DNA of 35,477 bases, from positions 1 through 35,477 of IMG/VR virus record IMGVR_UViG_3300025437_000033. The stretch is one strand, 5' to 3'. Both the position numbers and the translations under genes were made by a program. The DNA comes from a virus (taxonomy: Duplodnaviria; Caudoviricetes). Shown here one piece after another: positions 15,995-24,914 of the stretch (positions are counted from its first letter, which is position 1; each line of letters opens with the position of its first letter). Under the pieces are notes generated by a model that searched no databases, had not been told where the DNA came from, and saw only the letters and a program-made list of their open reading frames with translations.

Positions 15995-18072
15995 TGGCCG
16001 CAAATACGACTACCCAATTAGTAAATCTTGATTTTGATTCTTTAAAGAGTAATTTTATTACCTTTTTAAAGGGCCAAAACACTTTCCAAGACTATAATTT
16101 TGAAGGTTCAGCAATGAACCAGTTGATTGATGTTCTGACTTACAATACACAGTACAATGCCTACTATTTAAATATGGTGGCCAACGAAATGTTCTTGGAT
16201 TCTGCCACACAAAGAAGTTCTGTTGTATCTCAAGCAAAATTATTAAATTATATTCCAATTTCTGCTATTGCACCTACTGCAACAGTTAATGTAACATTTA
16301 CTCATGTTTCTGCCAATTCTTTGACATTACCTGCTTATCAAACATTTAGTTCATCAGCAATTAATGGCGTAAACTATACTTTTGTTAATCCAGATTCTTA
16401 TACAGTCAATGTTACCAATAATACTGCTGTATTTCCTAATGTACAAATCAAACAAGGTGTATACGCCACATATCGTTTTAATGTGAGTTCTGCAACAAAT
16501 CCAAATTACATCTTTGAAATTCCTGATAATGCTATCGATACAACTAGTTTACAGGTAATTGTACAGACATCTTCTTCAAATTCTTCATATACCATTTATA
16601 ATCAGGCGATGCCTTCTGATTACTTAACATTAAATTCTTCTTCACAAGTTTATTTCTTACAAGAAGCATTGAATGGTAATTATCAAATCTATTTTGGTGA
16701 TGGAATCTTAGGACAACAATTAACTGATGGTAACATTGTAATTGTTAATTATGTCTCAACAGAAGGTACTGCGGCTGCGGGCGCCAACTCATTTGTATTA
16801 TTGAATAATGTTTCTGGTTATTCTCCATCTTCAGTAACTTCAATTGCTGCGGCATCAGCAGGTTCAAATAAAGAGTCTATTGATTCTATTAAGTTTCAAG
16901 CACCTAAAGCCTTTGCTGCACAAGGTCGTGCTGTTAGTAAAAACGATTACATTACTGCCATTCAGCAGAATAATCAAGGTTTCTCATTTGATGCTGTAAA
17001 CGTATGGGGTGGTGAAGAAAATAATCCACCAGTATTTGGTCAAGTATTTGTTTGTTTAAAACCCACAGGCTCATACAATTTAACTGTTGCACAGAAAAAT
17101 GAAATCATTAACAATATTGTTAAACCTATTTCTGTATTGACTGTAACTCCTACTATTGTTGATCCTGATTATACTTACATTAAACTTGGTGTTAATGTTT
17201 TGTATGATCCAAATAAAACAATTTTAACTTCTTCTCAATTACAAACAGGTGTAACATCTGCAATTCAAGCCTTTGCTAAAGCAACATTAAATACTTTTAA
17301 TTCTACATTTAATGCTTATGATTTATTGAGTACTGTTCAAAACTATGACCAGTCTATTGTTACATCAGAATATACACTTCAATTACAAAAGAAATTCTTT
17401 CCAAATTTAACCACACCAACATCTTACACATTGTCGTATAATGTGCCTTTACAACGTGGCACCTTTGGTAGTGGTATTACTAGTTCGCCGGCTTTACAAT
17501 ATATTGATTCTTCAAACACATCTAATATTATTGATGGTGTATACCTTGAAGAAATTCCTACACAAACATTTGGTGTTGATACTATCTCTGTTGTCAATCC
17601 TGGTTTTAATTATACAACAGCACCAATTGTAAATATTAATGGTGATGGTACTGGCGCAACTGCGGTTGCAGTTCTTTCTGGCGGTACAATTCAAAGTATT
17701 ATTGTAACTAATTCAGGTAATAATTATACTTCTGCTGTTGCTACAATTACTCCTGCTGAGGGTGATACAACAGGCCAAGGTGCTTCTGTAAACGTCAATT
17801 TACAAGGTCGTTATGGTACATTAAGAAGTTATTATTTTAATCCAAAAAATGCCAAGACTATTTTAAACAGTAATGTTGGAACAATTGATTATACTAATGG
17901 CGTTATTACTTTGACTGGATTTAATCCTTATAATGTTGATAATCCATTAGGACAATTTGCTGTTACAGTAACGCCAAAAACTTCGATTATTTCATCGACA
18001 TTTAGTGGCATTATTACAGTTGATGAATTTGATCCTAATGCAATTGCTGTGTCCGTAACTGCAAAAAGTTAA
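15994..18072 (+). CDS. 6: Baseplate wedge subunit (gp6-like)
   Basis: LDFD.LK..F..FL..Q..F.DYNFEGS, NE.FLDSA..RSSVVS.AK.LNY.P, IYFGDG..G, ESIDSIK..AP....Q.RAVS..DY, WGGE.N.PP..G.V. Confidence 0.95.
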   Translation: MAANTTTQLVNLDFDSLKSNFITFLKGQNTFQDYNFEGSAMNQLIDVLTYNTQYNAYYLNMVANEMFLDSATQRSSVVSQAKLLNYIPISAIAPTATVNVTFTHVSANSLTLPAYQTFSSSAINGVNYTFVNPDSYTVNVTNNTAVFPNVQIKQGVYATYRFNVSSATNPNYIFEIPDNAIDTTSLQVIVQTSSSNSSYTIYNQAMPSDYLTLNSSSQVYFLQEALNGNYQIYFGDGILGQQLTDGNIVIVNYVSTEGTAAAGANSFVLLNNVSGYSPSSVTSIAAASAGSNKESIDSIKFQAPKAFAAQGRAVSKNDYITAIQQNNQGFSFDAVNVWGGEENNPPVFGQVFVCLKPTGSYNLTVAQKNEIINNIVKPISVLTVTPTIVDPDYTYIKLGVNVLYDPNKTILTSSQLQTGVTSAIQAFAKATLNTFNSTFNAYDLLSTVQNYDQSIVTSEYTLQLQKKFFPNLTTPTSYTLSYNVPLQRGTFGSGITSSPALQYIDSSNTSNIIDGVYLEEIPTQTFGVDTISVVNPGFNYTTAPIVNINGDGTGATAVAVLSGGTIQSIIVTNSGNNYTSAVATITPAEGDTTGQGASVNVNLQGRYGTLRSYYFNPKNAKTILNSNVGTIDYTNGVITLTGFNPYNVDNPLGQFAVTVTPKTSIISSTFSGIITVDEFDPNAIAVSVTAKS

Positions 18073-18076
18073 TTAG

Positions 18077-21001
18077 ATGTTACTCAGTAATCAAAAAACT
18101 TCACTACTAGTATCAACACAACTTCCTGCGTACATTCGGGAAGATCCTAACTATGCCAATTTTGTATTGTTCTTACAGGCATATTACGAATGGTTGGAAC
18201 AACAAGATAATATCACCGATGTATCTAAGAATATATTAACTTATAAAGATATTGATTCTTTAGAAGCGGCCAATGTTGCCGTAAATGGTACAAGCAATGT
18301 TGTTGAACAATTCATTGATTACTTTCAAAATGAATTTTTATCTTATTTTCCTACCGATATTCTAGCAAATCAAACTGAAGTTATCAAACTTGCTAGACAA
18401 TTATATCAATCAAAAGGTACACCTTCTTCTTATAAGTTTTTATTCCGTATTCTTTATAATACTGATGTTGATTTCTTTAATACGAAAGATGCTGTACTAA
18501 AGGCTTCTGCCGGTACTTGGTATGTACCAAAAAGTCTTTTGGTTGGTTCGGTTATATCTTCAGATATTTCTTACTGGTCCAATTTAAATGGCCGTAGAAT
18601 TTTTGGTGCAACATCTAAATCAGTTGCTGTAATTGAAAATACAGTTGTTACTCCTTCACAACAAATAGAAGTATTCATTTCAAACATTGAAAGAGAATTT
18701 GAATCTGGTGAAGTAGTTTACATTCTCGATAATAATAATCAATACATTTATGACGGCAACGGAAACCAAATTACAGGCCAGATTGTAGGACAATTAACTC
18801 AAATTACTATTAATCCAAATTACAGAGGATTATATTACGCAGCGGGAAATCCAGTTATTGTTTATGGTGGTTTATTATCTGGTAGTAGTGCAGGCGCCAC
18901 GGCTTCTGTTGCTAACGTAACTGCAGGTTCAATTCAGTCAATTAATACTGTTAATGGCGGTTATGGTTACACCATCTCAAATACTTTAATTAGTATTGCC
19001 AATGGCGGTGGTGCTGCAGCAAATGTGTATAGTGTCAATTCTTTATCTAGTGTTACCGGTGTAGTAAGTTTTTTACCTCAAGATTCTCTCTTGTATACTA
19101 CTCCAGGAAGCGGACCAACAATTGGCAATACAACCTATTCTTTCTTTTCAAATAATAGTACAGCCAATGCCAATACAACGCTAGCAAATACATTTAGTTT
19201 TACATCGTTCTCTACTTACCCTATTGCGTCTTTAAATATTCAAATACCAGGTAGTGGTATTACCATACAACCTACTATTTCGGCAGAATCAACTTATTCA
19301 ACAACAAGTTCATCTATAAATGACTTGTCTTTTATAGGTATTTTGTCCCCAATTCAAATTATTAATGGTGGTGTAGGTTATCGTGCAAATGATGTAATCA
19401 ATATTATTGGTGGTTCTGGTTATGGTGCTTTTGCTAATGTATTAACCGTAAATTCTACTGGCGCCATCACTAACGTTGCTTATGTTTATCCCGTTTCTGA
19501 TACACCACATCATTTCCCATTAGGCGGTATGGGCTATCGTACCGATTTGTTACCGAGAATTAATATTGCTTCATCAAATGTTAGTGCAACTGGTGCCGTA
19601 TTAAGTTTACCTGGAATATTAGGAACTGGCGCATCATTCTATTCAACTACTGACCGGGCCGGTGCAATTTCTTCAATTAATGTTACTTACGTTGGTAATG
19701 ATTATGTTGCAACGCCTAACGTTTCTTTAACAGTACAAGATTTGTTAGTTACAGGATTAATCCCAGCCACAATTCCTGCTTCAGGTACAATTATATACCA
19801 AGGCAATTCTTTAGCTGGTGCAAGCTATTCTTCTACTGTATATTCAACAACAGTATATCAAGGATTTACCAATCCTTTGAATACAATTTATACAATGAGG
19901 GTATATAATTATAGTTCTCAACCTAATCCTTATTCAACCATTAAAATTAGTGGTTCTACAAATTCATTCAATCTTTCATCGATTGCTGCAAACGTAATCA
20001 ATTATGGTGATGGTACGGCAAGGGCAACCGCCACATTCCTTAAAGGAATTATAACTGGTGTCGGCCAGTATTTGGATAGTTCTGGTCAGTTAAGTTCTTA
20101 TGATGTAATTCAAAGTGAACAATACAATAATTACACATATGAAATTACATTAGAAAAAGAGATTGCAAAGTATAAAAATACATTATTAAATTTATTACAC
20201 CCAGCAGGTACTCAAGTTTTAGGTCGATATGCCTTAAAATCTAATAACAATTATGAGTTATCCGTTTCTGATGCCTTATTTACTGGACTGCCATTAAGTT
20301 ATTATACAGGTACTACTGATTCAAGCGTATCTTTATCTGGTACTTTTGCTCAACCAAATACCAATGTTATTAATTTCAATAACTTGTTTGGTGCCGAACT
20401 AGATACTTTCATATTTGCTAATAGTGTTATTAGAATAACATCCACTTATGGTGATGAAATCACAGCAAATGTGGCCTATATTGCTCCAGGTCCAGCAGAT
20501 GATTTATTGGCACTAACTGGTTCAGAGGACCTTTTAGCTGAAACCGGTTCTGAAGATTTCATGTTAGAAAATGACGGTACTTATATCACCGTACATGATA
20601 ATATTTGGATGGCCTTTGCTAATGTGGCTTATGCTAGTGCAAATGCTGGTAGTAACAAGATAAATATAACATCATTGACAGGTTCTTTTAATATTGTAAA
20701 TAATGGTAATTATACTAACCCTGCCAATCCATTATTAGACATTATTCGTATTGGTGATACTGTTCAAGTCAATAATATGACCTTTGCGGTGTCTAATATT
20801 AATTATGGAAATACTACATTATTCTTAAATGCTACTCTGCCTTATGGTGCCAATAACGCTTTATTGTCAGTCAGTAGAAATTATACAACAAGTAATGTAC
20901 AAATCTTTGGACCAGTAGGATTACAGTATTTACCAGAATTTATTACAGAAGATGGCAGAACAATTATAACAGAAGATGGAAACATTCTCGTACTAGGATA
21001 A
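18077..21001 (+). CDS. Baseplate wedge protein (gp7-like)
   Basis: LV..QLP..IRE....FV.FL.AYYEWLE, IK....LY.SKGT..SYKFLFRILY, IQ...Y..Y.Y, LLHPAG..V.G; lies downstream of gp6. Confidence 0.75.
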   Translation: MLLSNQKTSLLVSTQLPAYIREDPNYANFVLFLQAYYEWLEQQDNITDVSKNILTYKDIDSLEAANVAVNGTSNVVEQFIDYFQNEFLSYFPTDILANQTEVIKLARQLYQSKGTPSSYKFLFRILYNTDVDFFNTKDAVLKASAGTWYVPKSLLVGSVISSDISYWSNLNGRRIFGATSKSVAVIENTVVTPSQQIEVFISNIEREFESGEVVYILDNNNQYIYDGNGNQITGQIVGQLTQITINPNYRGLYYAAGNPVIVYGGLLSGSSAGATASVANVTAGSIQSINTVNGGYGYTISNTLISIANGGGAAANVYSVNSLSSVTGVVSFLPQDSLLYTTPGSGPTIGNTTYSFFSNNSTANANTTLANTFSFTSFSTYPIASLNIQIPGSGITIQPTISAESTYSTTSSSINDLSFIGILSPIQIINGGVGYRANDVINIIGGSGYGAFANVLTVNSTGAITNVAYVYPVSDTPHHFPLGGMGYRTDLLPRINIASSNVSATGAVLSLPGILGTGASFYSTTDRAGAISSINVTYVGNDYVATPNVSLTVQDLLVTGLIPATIPASGTIIYQGNSLAGASYSSTVYSTTVYQGFTNPLNTIYTMRVYNYSSQPNPYSTIKISGSTNSFNLSSIAANVINYGDGTARATATFLKGIITGVGQYLDSSGQLSSYDVIQSEQYNNYTYEITLEKEIAKYKNTLLNLLHPAGTQVLGRYALKSNNNYELSVSDALFTGLPLSYYTGTTDSSVSLSGTFAQPNTNVINFNNLFGAELDTFIFANSVIRITSTYGDEITANVAYIAPGPADDLLALTGSEDLLAETGSEDFMLENDGTYITVHDNIWMAFANVAYASANAGSNKINITSLTGSFNIVNNGNYTNPANPLLDIIRIGDTVQVNNMTFAVSNINYGNTTLFLNATLPYGANNALLSVSRNYTTSNVQIFGPVGLQYLPEFITEDGRTIITEDGNILVLG

Positions 21002-21004
21002 GAA

Positions 21005-23491
21005 ATGAGCACCGTAAAGATATCACAACTACCAGTTTTTAGCATAATTAACGCTAATACCGCAAACACATTGTTTGTAGGTGTAGATATTCCTACTGAC
21101 ACAACCTTTCAGATGACTGCCACAACATTGGCACAAACTTTATATTCTAATAATATCTTAAATGTTGGAATAAATCAACAAAATTTACCCAATACAATTG
21201 CTCAGTTTTCTTTAAGTGGCAACTCTTATATTCAAACTAATTTAGTTAATACAAATGATTCTGGTACTGCTGATATTGTTGTAACTGCTAACACTAATTC
21301 TGGTGGTACTGATTCTACCAACTTTATTGACATGGGTTATGCAAACAAAAATTACCAAGCAGGTATTGCTTTTAATGATATTGGTAATGCAGTTAATCCT
21401 TTAGATGGTTATTTGTATGTACAAGGTGGTGCATATTCTAATGGTGGTAATTTAATTGTTGGTACAACAACATCAAATACCAATTTAAAATTTATTGTTG
21501 GTGGTGGAACTGCAGCAAACATTGTTGCTTTCATGACAAACAATAGTATCACATTGAATACTGGCACATCAATTGTTTTTGCTGATGGTACAAAACAGTT
21601 TACCTCTGGTGCATCTAATGCCTATGCTCAAGCAGCTTACTCTCAAGCAAATGCTATTAGTTCTTACGCCAATACTCAAATTGCTTATATTACTGGTATA
21701 AATGCTTATCAAAATACCATTGACCAGATTCAAACTGCCAATATTGCTGCAGCATTTAATACTGCTAATTCAGCTCAAGCAAATACCATTTATACACAAG
21801 GCGTTGATGTAACACAAAACGCCAGTATTGCTGCTGTAAATATTTATTCTATCTCAGCATATTCTACTGCTAATTCGGCTCAAGCAAATACCATTATTAC
21901 TCAAGGTATAGATGTAACTCAAAATACTAATATTGCAGCAATTAATACTTATTCTATTTCTGCCTATTCAGTAGCAAATTCAGCACAATCAAATACTGTG
22001 TATACACAAGGTGTAGATGCAACTCAAAATACAAACATTAGTTTGTTACAAAGTGCAATGACTACGGCAAATGCCAATATTGTTACTTTGTTTGCTAATG
22101 CATCGGCAAACGTAACTTATCAAAGTGGTTTAAATGCTACACAAAATACAATAATTCAATCAGCATACAATCAAGCCAATTTGGCCAACAGTATTGCTAA
22201 CACAGCAATTCAAAATACTGCAAACATTATTCTTCCAGGTAATGTGACGTTTAATGGTGCAAACACATACTTTAATAGTAATATCATAACTTATGGTACA
22301 ATGACCACAACAGGTAACGTGGTGACAACCGGTAACTTAACTGCTACAGGACCTGTAATATTCAATGGTCTCTTTACCAATAATGGTAACACTATTAATA
22401 ATGGCAATATGACCACCAATGGTAATGTTGCAAGTTTTGGTTATTTGACTGCAAATGGTTCATCAACATTCAACGGCAATACATCATTCAATGGTTATAT
22501 TACTGTGACAAATAATTTGTCAGTTAATAATGTATTTACAATTTTAGTGCCAACATCTACATTGTCAATGAACGGTAGTATCAGTATGACCGGTTCTATC
22601 ACAATGAATAATTCTACTTTTGCCGCAAACTCATTTGGTGTTGGTATTATTGGTTCTTCTGGTGGTGCAACACAACCGCCAGTTGCAGATGGCACAATGT
22701 TACAAATTACTGGTAAAGACGGCATTAGTTCAAAAATTATTAATGATGCTGCCGGTACAGGTGCGTATGCACTATTCAACGGTCGTGCAATGCGAGGACT
22801 TGCAAGTTCTCCATCAGCACTACTTGCCGGAGATGTGTTGTCTAGGTTTGGTGGAGTAGGTTATGGTGCTACAGGTTTTGGTAGTGTAAGTTCTCAAGGT
22901 GGCGGAAATATGTCTTATGTGGCCGCTGAAAACTTTACTGATACACAAAAAGGTACTAACATCGTATTTGGTACAACACCAACAGGTTCAAATACAATTT
23001 CAACAGCATTGACATTGACGGGTAATACTGCCGTGTTTGCCAATAATGTGACAATTGCCAACACAACTAATGCAAACATAATTAATGTTAACACAATTAC
23101 TGTTTCTGGTACTGATTCAGCAAATAACTTTGTTGCCGCAAACGTATTTCAATATAATGCTTCAATAAACAACGTTGCGGTAACTCAGTTAACCAATAAA
23201 TCTACTGCCGTATATGCTAACGGCAGAACTGGTCAAATTACAACAAGTAATGCTTTATTAAATAAAGGTGTTGCAGTTCAATTCACAGTTTATAATAACT
23301 ATATTGTAAGTAATAAAGATGTGGTTATTATTAACCTAGCTTCTGGTGCTTCAGTTGGTTATAACATTGGAATTAATTCAGTTTCTCCTGGTAGTTTTGT
23401 GGTTAACGTACATAACGCTGACGGCACTCCTAGTGGTTCAAACCAATCGGATGCTTTGGTGCTTAACTTTGCTGTTCTCCGAGTCGCATAA
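21005..23491 (+). CDS. Fibre-like virion protein (coiled-coil repeats, beta-repeats, C-terminal head domain)
   Basis: N-terminal VKISQLP, 35-aa coiled-coil repeats, (T/N)GN beta-repeats, C-terminal VTQ.T.KST.V..NG.TG.IT...LNFAV domain. Confidence 0.7.
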   Translation: MSTVKISQLPVFSIINANTANTLFVGVDIPTDTTFQMTATTLAQTLYSNNILNVGINQQNLPNTIAQFSLSGNSYIQTNLVNTNDSGTADIVVTANTNSGGTDSTNFIDMGYANKNYQAGIAFNDIGNAVNPLDGYLYVQGGAYSNGGNLIVGTTTSNTNLKFIVGGGTAANIVAFMTNNSITLNTGTSIVFADGTKQFTSGASNAYAQAAYSQANAISSYANTQIAYITGINAYQNTIDQIQTANIAAAFNTANSAQANTIYTQGVDVTQNASIAAVNIYSISAYSTANSAQANTIITQGIDVTQNTNIAAINTYSISAYSVANSAQSNTVYTQGVDATQNTNISLLQSAMTTANANIVTLFANASANVTYQSGLNATQNTIIQSAYNQANLANSIANTAIQNTANIILPGNVTFNGANTYFNSNIITYGTMTTTGNVVTTGNLTATGPVIFNGLFTNNGNTINNGNMTTNGNVASFGYLTANGSSTFNGNTSFNGYITVTNNLSVNNVFTILVPTSTLSMNGSISMTGSITMNNSTFAANSFGVGIIGSSGGATQPPVADGTMLQITGKDGISSKIINDAAGTGAYALFNGRAMRGLASSPSALLAGDVLSRFGGVGYGATGFGSVSSQGGGNMSYVAAENFTDTQKGTNIVFGTTPTGSNTISTALTLTGNTAVFANNVTIANTTNANIINVNTITVSGTDSANNFVAANVFQYNASINNVAVTQLTNKSTAVYANGRTGQITTSNALLNKGVAVQFTVYNNYIVSNKDVVIINLASGASVGYNIGINSVSPGSFVVNVHNADGTPSGSNQSDALVLNFAVLRVA
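21761..22045 (+). repeat. 105-nt (35-aa) tandem coding repeat, about 2.7 copies
   Basis: Units start at 21761, 21866 and 21971: xANSAQ(A/S)NTxxTQG(V/I)DxTQNxxIAA(V/I)NxYSISAYS. Confidence 0.9.
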
Positions 23492-23497
23492 TAAATA
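23490..23497 (+). promoter_or_regulatory. Late promoter for gene 8
   Basis: AATAAATA, 4 nt before ATG 23502. Confidence 0.6.
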
Positions 23498-23501
23498 AAT
23501 C

Positions 23502-24905
23502 ATGGCAAATAAAAACATATTAACATACGCAGCAAAAGTTTCAACAGTAGAGCAAGACTATTTTGCTCCTATTGCCGTTCTACCGGTAACAGGAGTATCA
23601 ATTAGTACAATATATGCTTTTATGGGTCGTGTTGATCCATGGTCAAATGATGTTAATCCTGACCAGCCAACACAAACTCAAGCATATATCAAATCTGTTT
23701 ATAAAAATATCTTTGCTTTAAAACAGGTTACTTCTAACAATATTAGTCCTGTTGTTGCTCGTTTTGACTGGACTTCTGGTACTGTCTATTCATATTACTC
23801 AGATACTATTGATATGTTCTCACAGGACCAATATGGTAATCCTGTATTGATGTTTTATGTAAGAAATTCTTTTGACCAAGTATTCAAGTGTCTTTGGAAT
23901 GCCAATGGTGCAGCATCTACTGTGATGCCATCATTTACACCAGGAACATACGGAACAAACGGAATTTTTCAAGGCGTAGATGGTTATAAATGGAAATATA
24001 TGTACACCATCGATAGCGGTTCAAAAAGATCCTTTATGGATTCTTCATGGATGCCTGTACCGGTTGGCCAAAACACAGAAGGTCCTGTTTTCGGTTCTAC
24101 AATTACTGGTGCACCAGATTTTACAAATCAAACTGGTGCTTGGTCTGGTGACATTGAGGTAATTAATGTTATCAATGGTGGTTCTGGTTATTCTAATGTT
24201 ACCACACCTGCCATTACCATTACAGGAGATGGTACCGGTGCAACGGCATATGCCACAGTTTCGGCAAATGGTTCAATTAGTGATATCGTTGTAACCAATG
24301 CAGGACAGAATTATACATATGCGACAATATCTATCACTGCGACCACAGGCACTCCCGCAACCGTAGTCGCTCCAATCAGTCCTGTGGGCGGTCATGGGTT
24401 CGATCCTGTTTCTGAATTAGGTTGTAATCATGTAATGTTTGTCTGTGAGTTTAATGGTAGTGAAAGTGGATATGTTCCAACTGACATTGAATACCGTCAA
24501 GTTGGTCTCATAATTAATCCTACCGCCAAGAGTACTTACCCAAATCCAGCAAATAACTCTGTATATAAAGCAGCAACACAATTGACTACTGCTCCAGGTT
24601 TTGGTAATTACAATTTAGATGAGGTTGTTTATCAAGGTTCTTCTCTAACTAGTGCAAATTTTGTTGGCACAGTTTTAGATTTTGATTCTGCAAATAACGT
24701 TTTAAGCGTCATAAATACAACTGGAACTCCAACAACAAATAGTCCTATTTTTGGTAATAACTCTGGTGCAGCAAGAACATTATTGGTAGTTACACAACCA
24801 GATATCCTTTTACCCTCAGGATATATGTCATATATAGAAAATAGACCGGCTATTCAAAGAAGCCCAAGCGGTATAGAACAAATTAAGTTTGTATTAGGAT
24901 ACTAA
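23502..24905 (+). CDS. 8: Baseplate wedge subunit (gp8-like)
   Basis: Y.F.GR.DPW, VV.R.DW.SGT.Y..Y, FYV.NS...VFKCL.N, DGYKWKYMYTI, P.GGHG.DP..ELG, YRQVGLI.NP, YIENR..I.R.....E.IK.V. Confidence 0.9.
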   Translation: MANKNILTYAAKVSTVEQDYFAPIAVLPVTGVSISTIYAFMGRVDPWSNDVNPDQPTQTQAYIKSVYKNIFALKQVTSNNISPVVARFDWTSGTVYSYYSDTIDMFSQDQYGNPVLMFYVRNSFDQVFKCLWNANGAASTVMPSFTPGTYGTNGIFQGVDGYKWKYMYTIDSGSKRSFMDSSWMPVPVGQNTEGPVFGSTITGAPDFTNQTGAWSGDIEVINVINGGSGYSNVTTPAITITGDGTGATAYATVSANGSISDIVVTNAGQNYTYATISITATTGTPATVVAPISPVGGHGFDPVSELGCNHVMFVCEFNGSESGYVPTDIEYRQVGLIINPTAKSTYPNPANNSVYKAATQLTTAPGFGNYNLDEVVYQGSSLTSANFVGTVLDFDSANNVLSVINTTGTPTTNSPIFGNNSGAARTLLVVTQPDILLPSGYMSYIENRPAIQRSPSGIEQIKFVLGY

Positions 24906-24914
24906 AGGTAAAAG

